A stretch of 64,000 bases of DNA from Armatimonadia bacterium (GTDB taxonomy: Bacteria; Armatimonadota; Zipacnadia; Zipacnadales; JABUFB01). Below are positions 9,929 to 18,832 of this stretch, in pieces. The stretch lies in assembly GCA_039679385.1 (NCBI GenBank), contig JBDKVB010000168.1, positions 334-64,333 on the forward strand. Reading direction: 5' to 3'. Made by a program: the position numbers and the translations under genes. Under the pieces are notes generated by a model. That model searched no databases. It was not told the DNA's origin and saw only the letters and a list, made by a program, of their open reading frames with translations. Numbering within the stretch: the first letter of the stretch is position 1; the number at the start of each line of letters is the position of its first letter.

Positions 9929-12073
9929 TCAGAGGAACCAGACACGGTAGCGCTGGATCATGTCGCCGCCGTAGAGCCCCGCGAAACTCCAGAGGCCAAT
10001 GGAGACGAAATGGCCCAGGGTGAAGGCGATGAAACCGGGAGCGAGGCGACGGTACAGGCGTGCACCACCAAGGCGCAGGACCGCCGACTTGGTCAGGAAG
10101 AGCACGATGGCGACGAACCACATGTAGTTCTCGTGGCAACTCGCGAGGGCGAAGCCGACGGCGTGCAGGGGGAAGGCCACCCACTCGCGGCGAGCGAGGA
10201 TGAGCCCGAGCGTCATGACCGCGCCGACGACGGTGGCTGTGATCCTGGGCGTGCTCGGCGGCTGGGGGAAGTCGATGGCGTCGGAGGCATACTGGAACTC
10301 GTGCAGGGCGATCCCGGCCCGCTGGCCGCCCTGGGTGCCGCCGACGGTCTCCATCACATTGCCGCCCCAGGTGTGGTAGGAGGCGATGTACATCCACATG
10401 GCGACGAGGAGGCCGAAGACGGCTGCGCCGATCACCAGGCGAGCTGTGCGTCGGGCTCCGATGCCCATGGTCTCACCAACGATGCAGGCCTCCTGCTTCA
10501 GGCTGGTGATGGCGTAGTAGGTGCCGCGCTCCAGGAACACAAAGACCGAGAGTAGGGAGAAGGACTGGAGGCGCCCGGCACGGATGAAGGGCGTTGAACC
10601 GAGGAAATCGGTCAGGACCGACTTCTGCTTGAGCAGCGGGTAGCCCCAGACGATCGGCAGTCCCGTCTCTGCACGGTTGCGGGCGTAGGCGATGAGGAAG
10701 AGGGTGCCGACGCCGAAGTAGCCGCAGAACTGCCACCAGTCGACGCCGTGCAGAATCGGGAACAAGACGAGAGCGAGAATCCCAAGGACCGCGCCGAAGA
10801 AGGCCGTGCGATGGGAAAGGGGCTCGCGGGAGTCGTCGATGTTGGGGTCTCCGGTCAGGGCCTTGCGGGCGACCTGGGAGATGCGGTGACGAGCCTGCCA
10901 AAGGAAGTACAGGCCAAGGATGATCATGGCGCCGGTGGCCTGCTCATTGGAGAAGGGCAGGCCGGGAGTCTGCACGCCCAGGATGCGGGCGGCTGGTCGT
11001 GTGACCCAGTGGACCATGGAGAAGACGAAGATGGATAGCAGGATCTCGGAAGGGACCAGGTAGCCCAGGCCGAGGATCTCGGGCTTGTACCAGACCATGA
11101 GGCCGGACATGGTGTTCCAGGGGGACTCGGTGAAGAGCTTGCCGATGGGGTACCACATGCCCATGGCCGGAAGGCCGGGGCTGAAGACCTTGAGCATGTT
11201 GAGGCCGTCGTAAAGGACCGCAAGGGAGAAGCCGACCCACATCACGGGGTCCTTGAGGAAGGGAACGCCGGTGCCGAAGGTGCTGCCGGTGCGGACCATC
11301 TCGATGGACATGGTGGCGAGAGGAAAGGTGAGATGGTCGTCTTCGGCCCACTGCTTGCGGAAGAGGGTAACCAGGCAGAAGGAGCTGACAAAGTAGACAA
11401 CCAGATAGCCGGTCCAGACGGCGAAGGGAGCGGCCCAGAGTCGCCATGGGACGACGGTGCTCTGGGCGAAGAACTGCCAGATGCTCTCGAGCATGCCGCC
11501 GACGACAGGCACGTTGACAAGGAAGCTGGTGGGGATCGTCTTGTCCGCGCCCTCCCAGAAGGTGCGCACTGCCTCAGGCTCGAGTGGCGCCCAGTGAGCC
11601 GGAAGATAGCGGGCCATCTCGGTGAAGTGGTTCTGGGGCTCACCGAAGTACTGCAACTCCATGATGCAGGGCAAAACCAGGCGGACGATGCCGACGGAGG
11701 GCATGGCCGCAGCGACCATGAGGAAGAGGTAGATAGCCAGGATCTCGTCGCGAGTGAGAGCGCGGCGCTGAGCGAGCTTGCCAAGGGCAGAAAGTACGGG
11801 CAGGTGCGAGGAGGCCAGCGCAGCCGCGACACGGCTCCACAGCACAGCGAGAAAGGCGACGAGGGCCAGGGAGAGAATCGCGGGGATCGGCGGCGTGCTC
11901 TCGCTCATCTGGCTGGTGGGTGTGACGAGCTCGCTATACTCCACCCAGGCATTGATGGCGATGGTGACGACGGCGGCGATGAGCAGTGCGCGGACCGTGA
12001 CGACCGAGCGGTGAGGTGCCGTGCTCGGGCCAAGCTCTGGTGAGGTTGGGGACGTAGGCGCCGTGTCGATCAT
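9929..12073 (-). CDS. large polytopic membrane protein of unknown function
   Basis: 714 aa with more than 12 hydrophobic segments. No catalytic motif recognised. Confidence 0.6.
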   Translation of the reverse strand: MIDTAPTSPTSPELGPSTAPHRSVVTVRALLIAAVVTIAINAWVEYSELVTPTSQMSESTPPIPAILSLALVAFLAVLWSRVAAALASSHLPVLSALGKLAQRRALTRDEILAIYLFLMVAAAMPSVGIVRLVLPCIMELQYFGEPQNHFTEMARYLPAHWAPLEPEAVRTFWEGADKTIPTSFLVNVPVVGGMLESIWQFFAQSTVVPWRLWAAPFAVWTGYLVVYFVSSFCLVTLFRKQWAEDDHLTFPLATMSIEMVRTGSTFGTGVPFLKDPVMWVGFSLAVLYDGLNMLKVFSPGLPAMGMWYPIGKLFTESPWNTMSGLMVWYKPEILGLGYLVPSEILLSIFVFSMVHWVTRPAARILGVQTPGLPFSNEQATGAMIILGLYFLWQARHRISQVARKALTGDPNIDDSREPLSHRTAFFGAVLGILALVLFPILHGVDWWQFCGYFGVGTLFLIAYARNRAETGLPIVWGYPLLKQKSVLTDFLGSTPFIRAGRLQSFSLLSVFVFLERGTYYAITSLKQEACIVGETMGIGARRTARLVIGAAVFGLLVAMWMYIASYHTWGGNVMETVGGTQGGQRAGIALHEFQYASDAIDFPQPPSTPRITATVVGAVMTLGLILARREWVAFPLHAVGFALASCHENYMWFVAIVLFLTKSAVLRLGGARLYRRLAPGFIAFTLGHFVSIGLWSFAGLYGGDMIQRYRVWFL

Positions 12074-12208
12074 CCGAAGCTCTCTCGCCGGAGGCGGTCA
12101 TGGGTCGGTAAGCTAGCGGACACAGGGGCTTGAAGGGCAGGGCAGACGGGGTATTCGCCGCGGTCCTCTCTGAGGCCTCCAGGGCCGGGGTAGAGGAGGT
12201 TCCGCGTT

Positions 12209-12239
12209 GTGTCTCACTGCGAAACATGCTGGAAACATG
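12209..12239 (+). promoter_or_regulatory. candidate nitrogen-regulator operator upstream of glnA
   Basis: TGT-N11-ACA at 12210-12226 partly matches the TnrA/GlnR box TGTNAN7TNACA. Followed by a direct repeat of GAAACATG at 12221-12228 and 12232-12239 (11-bp period), about 85 bp upstream of the glnA ATG. Confidence 0.3.
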
Positions 12240-12324
12240 ACTCCGGTAACCTTTCGACCAACGGCGGCAGCACCCGCGAGAGATCACGCAGACAGGCCCT
12301 GCGAGGCCTTGAGGAGGACACTCC

Positions 12325-13653
12325 ATGGACGGCGCGCAGAAGTATGTGTTGGAGACGGCACGCGAACAGAACGTGAAGTTCATCAAGCTGTGGTTCACTG
12401 ACATCCTCGGGTACCTGAAGAGCTTTGCGATCACCTTTGAAGAACTGGAAGGAGCCCTTGAGACCGGGATGGGGTTTGACGGTTCGTCGATTGAGGGCTT
12501 CGCCCGGATCGACGAGAGTGACATGATTGCAATGCCCGACCCGAGCACCTTCCAGCTCATCCCCTTCCGACCGACCGAGGGCGGCGCAGTGGCCCGAATG
12601 TTCTGCGACATCCAGCTTCCAACCGGCGAGCCCTACGTCAAGGACCCGCGCTATGTGCTGCGGAAGATGCTGGCGAAGGCCGAGGCAATGGGCTACACCT
12701 ACTACGTTGGCCCGGAACTTGAGTACTTCTACTTCGCCTCGGACAAGTCACCGGAGGTGCTGGACCAGGCCGGGTACTTCGACATGGTGCCGGCAGACCT
12801 GGGCGTCGACCTTCGCCGCCAGACCGTGTTTGCGCTCGAGGCGATGGGCATCGCTGTTGAGTACAGCCACCACGAAGTAGCCCCCAGTCAGCACGAGATC
12901 GACCTGCGCTACACCGATGCTCTGACCATGGCCGACAGCGCCATGACCTACCGGCTGATCGTGAAAGAGATCGCGCGCATGAACGACTGCTACGCGACTT
13001 TCATGCCGAAGCCGCTTTCCGATCAGAATGGTAGTGGGATGCATACCCACCAGTCGCTGTTCGAGGGCGACCACAACGCGTTCTTCGACCCGAAGGACGA
13101 GATGCACCTCTCGCAGATCGCGCGCTACTACATCGGCGGTATCATGAGGTACGCGCCGGAGATCTGCCTGGTGACCAACCAGTGGGTCAACTCTTACAAG
13201 CGTCTGGTTCCGGGCTTCGAGGCTCCGGTGTACATCTCCTGGGCTCGGCGCAACCGCTCCGACATGATCCGGGTGCCTGAGTACAAGCCCGGCAAGGAGA
13301 AGGCAACGCGCATCGAGTTCCGCGCTCCGGACCCGGCGTGCAACCCGTATCTGGCCTTCGCGGCGATGCTGGCTGCCGGCCTCAAGGGTGTCGAGGAGAA
13401 GCTGGACTGCGGCCCAGCCGTTGAGGAGAACGTGTACAAGATGAGCGAGAGCGAGCGGGAGGATCGCGGGATCACCAGTCTCCCGGGCAGCCTGCACGAG
13501 GCGATCATCGCGGCCGAGAAGAGCGAACTGCTGCGCGAGTGCCTCGGCGAAGCAGTCCACGCCAGCCTCGTTGAGAACAAGTACATCGAGTGGGACAGCT
13601 ACCGCAAGGTCGTCGACCAGTACGAGATCGACACCTACATGCCGAAGCTCTAG
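12325..13653 (+). CDS. glnA: glutamine synthetase, type I
   Basis: Near-colinear with Firmicutes GlnA: KFIKLWFTDILG, FDGSSIEGF, NGSGMHTHQS, NSYKRLVPGFEAP. GAGGAGGA RBS 6 nt upstream of the ATG. Confidence 0.95.
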   Translation: MDGAQKYVLETAREQNVKFIKLWFTDILGYLKSFAITFEELEGALETGMGFDGSSIEGFARIDESDMIAMPDPSTFQLIPFRPTEGGAVARMFCDIQLPTGEPYVKDPRYVLRKMLAKAEAMGYTYYVGPELEYFYFASDKSPEVLDQAGYFDMVPADLGVDLRRQTVFALEAMGIAVEYSHHEVAPSQHEIDLRYTDALTMADSAMTYRLIVKEIARMNDCYATFMPKPLSDQNGSGMHTHQSLFEGDHNAFFDPKDEMHLSQIARYYIGGIMRYAPEICLVTNQWVNSYKRLVPGFEAPVYISWARRNRSDMIRVPEYKPGKEKATRIEFRAPDPACNPYLAFAAMLAAGLKGVEEKLDCGPAVEENVYKMSESEREDRGITSLPGSLHEAIIAAEKSELLRECLGEAVHASLVENKYIEWDSYRKVVDQYEIDTYMPKL

Positions 13654-13789
13654 GTTCGCGCGGGGAAGGCGGCGTGGCTGGGAGGACAGACTGCAGGGGG
13701 AGATGTGGGTTTGTGGAGGGGCAAGGTGAGGTCGTAGTGTCCTCCTCGCGGGACCCGTATGCCGATCTTGTGGCCCCTCCAGGTACGCT

Positions 13790-13833
13790 CGACGCCGTCG
13801 GATTACCGGAATCCGACGGCGTCGCTGTTTGTG
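13790..13833 (+). terminator. perfect 15-bp stem hairpin downstream of glnA
   Basis: CGACGCCGTCGGATT-ACCGG-AATCCGACGGCGTCG followed by CTGTTTGTG. Lies 137 bp after the glnA stop. Confidence 0.4.
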
Positions 13834-13887
13834 CCCGGCGGTCGCACGGCGGGTGTTGCGTGCGGTTGTGGTACGGTGGTCAGTAAG

Positions 13888-13929
13888 GGAAATCGGCGCA
13901 AAGGCCCCGCAACCGATGGTCACGGGGCC
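13888..13929 (-). terminator. candidate terminator for kimA-like gene
   Basis: Stem GGCCCCG/CGGGGCC with a 13-nt loop. On the minus strand it is followed by TTTGCGCCGATTTCCC. Confidence 0.35.
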
Positions 13930-13963
13930 CTGGGAAGCGGCCTGGACTGATCTGGGCCGGCGG

Positions 13964-15775
13964 CTAGAGGCGGTAACGCAGGTTGACCACGGCCACGTCG
14001 GTGACGGTGCGGAGTGAGACCTGCAGCCACAAGGCGGTGTGGTTGTGCAGAAGGGACTGCCAGACGTCGTCCACGACGAACTCCGGGATGACGATGGTGA
14101 CGATGTCATAGCCCTCCTGCTGCTTCAGCTTGGCGCAGTACTCCAGCAGGGGACCGGCGAGATTGCGGTAGGGCGACTCGATGACGGTCAGCGGGATGTC
14201 ATGCTCCCAGGCATCCCAGAGCCGCCTGATGCGCGGGTCCTGGGCGCCCTCGGCCTCGACGTGAACCGCTCGCACATCGTGAGAGAGGGCTTTGACATAC
14301 TGCAGGGCCTCGAGAGTACCGCGATGCATGCCGCCTACGAGCAGAACCGTGAGGTTGTGGTGCGGCTGGACAGCGGAGGCGTTGTCGAGGCTGAGGCGCG
14401 AGGCCACGTAGCGATAGTGCTTTCCGATACTGCGGAAGATCATCACCAGCACTGGGATGATGAGGCAGACGATCCAGGCGCCGTAGGCGAACTTGGTGAC
14501 GGCAATGACGATGAGGACGACGCCGGTACAGAGGGCGCCGAGACCGTTGACGATGACCTTGTAGTGCCAGTGTGGTCCACCCTTGCGGATCCAGTGGATG
14601 ACCATGCCCGCCTGCGAGGTGGTGAAGGCGGTGAAGACGCCGACGGCGTACAGCGGAATCAGTCGGCTGACGTCACCCTCGAAGCCCACGATGAGGGCGA
14701 TGGCGAGACCTGCCAGCATGATGATCCCGTTAGCGAAGACGAGGCGGTCACCGAGGTTGGCCATCTGCCGGGGCATGTAGCCATCGCGGGCCATGAAGGC
14801 AGAGAGACGTGGGAAGTCCGCGAAGCTGGTGTTGGCAGCGAAGATGAGGATGAGTGCGGTTGTGGTCTGGAGCAGATAGTACATGGTTCCGCGGCCAAAG
14901 ACCTTCTCACCGATCTGCGAGAGGACAGTGACCTTCTCGGCCGGCGCGATGCCGAGCCAGTGAGCCAGGACAGACACGCCGATGACGGTGGTGGCCAGGA
15001 TGAGCGCAAGCCAGACCATGACGGCGGCGGCGGTCTTGCCCCGCGGCTCCTTGAAGGCCTGGACGCCGTTGGCCACGGCCTCGATGCCCGTCAAGCTGGC
15101 GCATCCGGAAGAGAAGGCTCGAAGGACCAGGAAGGCCGTGACGCCCTGAAGTGCCACGGGGAGCTGAGAAGGAAGACCGGGCTCCAGGTGACCCGCCATC
15201 AGCTTCGCGAAACCGGCCAGGATGGTCGCAAGGCAGCAGAAGATGAAACCGTAGACAGGGAGGGAGAAGATGCCTGCGGACTCGCGGACCCCGCGCAGAT
15301 TGACGAGCATGATGAGGACGATGAAGCACACGGCGAGGGCGACACGGTGCTCGTGGAGACCGGGCCAGGCGGAAGTGATGGCCGCCACTCCGGAGGCGAC
15401 GCTGACGGCGACGGTGAGAACATAGTCGGTGAGGAGTGCTCCGCCGGCGATGTGTGCGGGGAGGACGCCCAGATTCGCGTGGGCCACGACATAGGCGCCG
15501 CCACCGGAAGGGTACTCCTGGACCGTCTGGCGGTAGGAGGTCGCTACGATGGCGATGAGGATAGCCAGCGCGATGCCGACGGGAACGCCGTAGGCCAGCC
15601 CGGCCGAACCGGCCAACATGAGGACCAGGAGGACTTCTTCCGGACCGTAGGCAACGGAGGACATGGCGTCCGCGGCGAAGACCGCAAGGCCGCCGAACTG
15701 CCCGACCTTCTCATGCTCCATGCGGGCCGTTTCTAGAGGGCGGCCAATCAGGAGCCGCCGGAGTACCGCAATCAT
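13964..15775 (-). CDS. kimA: APC-superfamily K+/H+ symporter, KimA (YdaO)-like, with C-terminal cytoplasmic domain
   Basis: 603 aa. Strong colinear similarity as I recall Bacillus KimA: RRLLIGRPL, SSVAYG, QEYPSGGGAYVV, GGALLTDYVLTVAVS, AFSSGCASLTGIEA, YMPRQ, LIPLYAVGVF. GAGGTGAT RBS. Confidence 0.7.
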   Translation of the reverse strand: MIAVLRRLLIGRPLETARMEHEKVGQFGGLAVFAADAMSSVAYGPEEVLLVLMLAGSAGLAYGVPVGIALAILIAIVATSYRQTVQEYPSGGGAYVVAHANLGVLPAHIAGGALLTDYVLTVAVSVASGVAAITSAWPGLHEHRVALAVCFIVLIMLVNLRGVRESAGIFSLPVYGFIFCCLATILAGFAKLMAGHLEPGLPSQLPVALQGVTAFLVLRAFSSGCASLTGIEAVANGVQAFKEPRGKTAAAVMVWLALILATTVIGVSVLAHWLGIAPAEKVTVLSQIGEKVFGRGTMYYLLQTTTALILIFAANTSFADFPRLSAFMARDGYMPRQMANLGDRLVFANGIIMLAGLAIALIVGFEGDVSRLIPLYAVGVFTAFTTSQAGMVIHWIRKGGPHWHYKVIVNGLGALCTGVVLIVIAVTKFAYGAWIVCLIIPVLVMIFRSIGKHYRYVASRLSLDNASAVQPHHNLTVLLVGGMHRGTLEALQYVKALSHDVRAVHVEAEGAQDPRIRRLWDAWEHDIPLTVIESPYRNLAGPLLEYCAKLKQQEGYDIVTIVIPEFVVDDVWQSLLHNHTALWLQVSLRTVTDVAVVNLRYRL

Positions 15776-15891
15776 GGGCGATCACCTCAGGTAATCCGCG
15801 AATCATAGTCCTCGGCCTCGCGGCGCGCAATATGGTTCTTCGTTTGGCTCCTGCCCGGTGCCATGCTGGAAGGCGAAGGCCCTCACCCCAA

Positions 15892-16110
15892 CCCTCTCCC
15901 GAGGGGAGAGGGAGAAGGGCAACGGCACCTCACCCCCTGCCTCGTCACGACCGGTGGAGAGGCAACGACAGAAGCAGAGGGCCACGGCAACGGCACCTCA
16001 CTCCCCGGCCCTCTCTCCACGCGGTGGAGAGAGGGGGAGCGGCCAAAGGCAGAGGCCAAGGGCCAAAGCCAAGGGCCAGAGGCAAAGGCAAAGGCAGGTC
16101 GGCCTCGCGG
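15892..16110. repeat. intergenic repeat, locus 2
   Basis: Palindrome CCCTCTCCC-GA-GGGGAGAGGG at 15892-15912. Core AACGGCACCTCAC at 15921-15933 and 15989-16001. Hairpin CCTCTCTCCAC-GC-GGTGGAGAGAGG and a (A)AAGGC/AAGGGCC low-complexity tail. Homologous to 9654-9785. Confidence 0.55.
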
Positions 16111-16278
16111 CACCCGTGGGCACCGGCTCGGTGATGGTCGCCGGCCCTGGCCTCGCCCCCTGAGCAGGAAGTGGGTAAGCGGCAAAAGGCCTTCGTGCAT
16201 TGTGAACCAGTTGTGTGTCAGGGGTGTTTCGGGACTGCGAGGACGTTGTGGAGTGTGGTGCGATGGAGGTTCGCAGGC

Positions 16279-16316
16279 CAAAAGGCAAAAGAAACGGCGA
16301 CCGTTTCCGGTCGCCG
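16279..16316 (-). terminator. Rho-independent terminator of the sigH operon
   Basis: Stem CGGCGACCG-TTTC-CGGTCGCCG. On the minus strand it is followed by TTTCTTTTGCCTTTTGG. Confidence 0.55.
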
Positions 16317-16352
16317 TGTTGAGTGCGAAGTATGGGGGATGTTGCGGGCGAT

Positions 16353-17039
16353 CTAGAGCAAGGCCCGGACCTTCTCGGCCTGCTCCGGAGCTACTGCAGG
16401 CAGCTTGCGCCGGATGCGAGACAGTGCGTTGTCAATGGACTTGATCTTGCATCCGAGTTCCGAGGCCATCTCTTTGTAAGACTTGCCAGTGCGGTACTCG
16501 GTGAGCACCTCCCACTCGAAGGGGGAGAGTTCGCACCGTAGGGAATGCTGGAGAAGCCTCTCGCCCTCAAGTCCGAGGACGATGTTCTCTGGGTCAACTT
16601 CGGGTTTTGAGGTCAGCACATCCTGGAGCGTCCGGTCGTCGTCATCTGCGCTGGGCGGCGCCTCGAGGGACATTGAGGAGTTCAGAGGCGCTTGCTTCTG
16701 ACGGGTCGCAGCCTTGATGGCTGAGATCATCTGGCGCTGAATGCAGACCTTGGCGAAACAGGCGAAGGAGGTATGGCGGTCGGCTTTGAAGTCGGTGACG
16801 GCCTCCCAGAGACCGATCATGCCGATCTGGAGGAGGTCCTCGCGCTCCGCGCCAACCAAGAAGTAAGACTTAACCTTCGCGCGTACGAGATTTCGGTACT
16901 TGTAAAGCAGGTATTCGCAGGCTTCCCTGTCGTTGTCTTCCTGAGCCCGTCTGACCAGTTCCTCATCCGAGATTGGTGAGCATTCGGGGCGCCGGTTCCC
17001 CGCGGCGGCCGCACGAAAATACTCAGCGGCATTGACCAT
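16353..17039 (-). CDS. sigH: RNA polymerase sigma factor, SigH-like
   Basis: YKYRNLVRAKVKSYFLVGAEREDLLQIGMIGLW...TSFACFAKVCIQRQMISAIKAATRQKQAPLNS is near-identical in pattern to B. subtilis SigH regions 2-3. C-terminal region 4 HTH. GAGGTGAAAA RBS. Confidence 0.8.
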   Translation of the reverse strand: MVNAAEYFRAAAAGNRRPECSPISDEELVRRAQEDNDREACEYLLYKYRNLVRAKVKSYFLVGAEREDLLQIGMIGLWEAVTDFKADRHTSFACFAKVCIQRQMISAIKAATRQKQAPLNSSMSLEAPPSADDDDRTLQDVLTSKPEVDPENIVLGLEGERLLQHSLRCELSPFEWEVLTEYRTGKSYKEMASELGCKIKSIDNALSRIRRKLPAVAPEQAEKVRALL

Positions 17040-17072
17040 TTTTCACCTCGAACGTGGACGGTTGGATGGTGG

Positions 17073-17495
17073 TTAGACACACTGGGTGTCGTCGGTATCG
17101 TCGCTGCTGCTTGCTATCAGTTCGACACTGGCATGAGCCAGGACGGCACTGACAAAGGCAACCAAAGCTGCTCCCACTCCGACCAGTGCTACGGGCACCT
17201 CTTTCACGATCTGGTCCCCTAACCTCAGCCTGATACCCCTGATCTCGCCACCACGAAGTAGTCCCTTCACCTCCTCGGCAATTTGGGAAATGGCCGTCTC
17301 AAAGCTCTCGTCAGAAGTCTGTTTATGCTGTGATACGTCGAGTGAGGCGAGAGCAGAGATGACGTCGCCGTCGGCTGCTTCGAGCGCCTCTTTGGCCTCG
17401 GCATACCCCACACGCATACGTTCACGAACCAGGTCGACTTGCTCCAGCGTGTAGGGCACGTACGACCTCCGCCGCAAACAAAACACGGGAGCCAC
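17073..17495 (-). CDS. UBA/EF-Ts-N-like domain protein with C-terminal hydrophobic segment (DUF4342-like)
   Basis: YTLEQVDLVRERMRVGYAEAKEALEAADGDVISAL is a UBA-like fold. C-terminal EVPVALVGVGAALVAFVSAVLA is hydrophobic. GTG start is uncertain. Lies 33 bp upstream of sigH. Confidence 0.5.
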   Translation of the reverse strand: MAPVFCLRRRSYVPYTLEQVDLVRERMRVGYAEAKEALEAADGDVISALASLDVSQHKQTSDESFETAISQIAEEVKGLLRGGEIRGIRLRLGDQIVKEVPVALVGVGAALVAFVSAVLAHASVELIASSSDDTDDTQCV

Positions 17496-17516
17496 ATTCT
17501 TGGCTCCCGTGGATAG

Positions 17517-17678
17517 CTAGCGTGGTTCAGACATGCTGTGCATGTCCCTGGCGCACCATGCGGCGTTGTCGTCGTCACGGAAGCGAACCGGGACAACGGA
17601 ACGTCGCGTCGCGTAACAGGCCCACCACACGAGAGCAACCGCACCCGTGCAGGCCAACAGCACGTTCAGAATGAACAT
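17517..17678 (-). CDS. possible 53-aa single-TM small protein
   Basis: MFILNVLLACTGAVALVWWACYATRRS... is a TM helix followed by a charged tail. Lies 21 bp upstream of the DUF4342 gene. Weak RBS and no homology support. Confidence 0.25.
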   Translation of the reverse strand: MFILNVLLACTGAVALVWWACYATRRSVVPVRFRDDDNAAWCARDMHSMSEPR

Positions 17679-17986
17679 TACCCTACAGCACCTCGATCGG
17701 CAGCTCCGTACAAAGGGGGTGCGACGTTGTGCCGCGATCTGTGTCCCGTGCGGTTCGCCCTCTCCGCGTCCCGCCCGTGAGGAACTGCGCTCCCAACCGG
17801 CTCCGGTGATTATAACCAGCCCCCAAGGCCACGTCAAGGCTACGGCCCCTCCGGTCTACATGAACTAAAGGAAAGAACAGACGAGTCGTGGAAGTGATCC
17901 CAGAAAGTGTCTCGAGCTGCCGAAGCCGGTGGCTCGGGACGAAAGAGCGGTCGATTCCGGTTATCGGCACCAAGGAGACATGGCTT

Positions 17987-18832
17987 GTGAAAGTTCTCGT
18001 TACGGGCTGCGCAGGGTACCTTGGCTCCCATGTGATTACGGCCCTGGAGGCTGAAGGGCACGACGTTACGGGAGCCGACCTGTTCGAGACGCCGCGAGAG
18101 AAGGACTGTGTGGTCGACCTGACGGTGGAGGGGGCTGTCGAGGGTCTTCTGGAAGGCATCGAGGTGATCGTACACACGGCGGCCATCCACCCGTGGAAGT
18201 CGTACACGGACAATCAGTACCTGGACAACAACACCAAGCCGGTCCACCACGTGCTGAAGGCAGCCATCGCGAAGAGTGTGCGTCGGGTGGTCTACACCAG
18301 CAGCATCGCGGCGACGGGCTACGGGCCGGCCGTGGAGGAGCTGCCCCTTCGAGAGGACGCTGCACCTCGTCCCGACGACCTGTATGGGTGCACGAAGTGG
18401 TTCGGCGAGGTGTTCTGCCAGAGCTTCTCCAAGCGCAGCGACCTGGAGACGGTGTGCATCCGGCCGCCGGCCTTCATGCCGAAGCCGGAACTGCAGCGTG
18501 GCGCGGGTCTACTGGGAATGTGGGCAGACGTGAGCGACGTGGTCGGCGCCCATGTGTGCGCGGTAAGCGCAGCCATGCCCTCGAAGTACGAGGCTTTCTG
18601 GGCGACCGGGTCGCAGCCCTACACGGCCGCCGATGCGGCCGGCCTGCGCACGAATCCGCGGGAAGTCCTGGAGCGCTACTGGCCCGGAGTGCCGGCGTGG
18701 TTCGAGGAGCGTGGTGTGAAGGTAGGGCCGGTGCGGGTGATCTACGATCTGGCGAAGACGAGGGAAGTGCTCGGCTGGCAGCCGAAGTATACCTTTGATA
18801 GATGGTGGAGGGATCACGCCCATGAGCTTTGA
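17987..18832 (+). CDS. NAD-dependent epimerase/dehydratase family protein
   Basis: GTG start with AAGGAG 7 nt upstream. N-terminus MKVLVTGCAGYLGSH is a Rossmann motif. Conserved Tyr-containing motif YGCTK (residues 398-402 of the listed ORF; the catalytic assignment is an inference). Confidence 0.8.
   Translation: MKVLVTGCAGYLGSHVITALEAEGHDVTGADLFETPREKDCVVDLTVEGAVEGLLEGIEVIVHTAAIHPWKSYTDNQYLDNNTKPVHHVLKAAIAKSVRRVVYTSSIAATGYGPAVEELPLREDAAPRPDDLYGCTKWFGEVFCQSFSKRSDLETVCIRPPAFMPKPELQRGAGLLGMWADVSDVVGAHVCAVSAAMPSKYEAFWATGSQPYTAADAAGLRTNPREVLERYWPGVPAWFEERGVKVGPVRVIYDLAKTREVLGWQPKYTFDRWWRDHAHEL

Noticed and set aside
9654-16110. CRISPR array interpretation of the repeats
   Set aside because: Only 2-3 units per locus, irregular periodicity (38 vs 68 bp), units differ in length, and no cas genes in the window.
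15863-16444. 193-aa ORF through the intergenic repeat region
   Set aside because: It is just a translation of the repeat units. The same peptide motifs (RHLTPCL, GNGTS) appear in ORFs over the other repeat copy.
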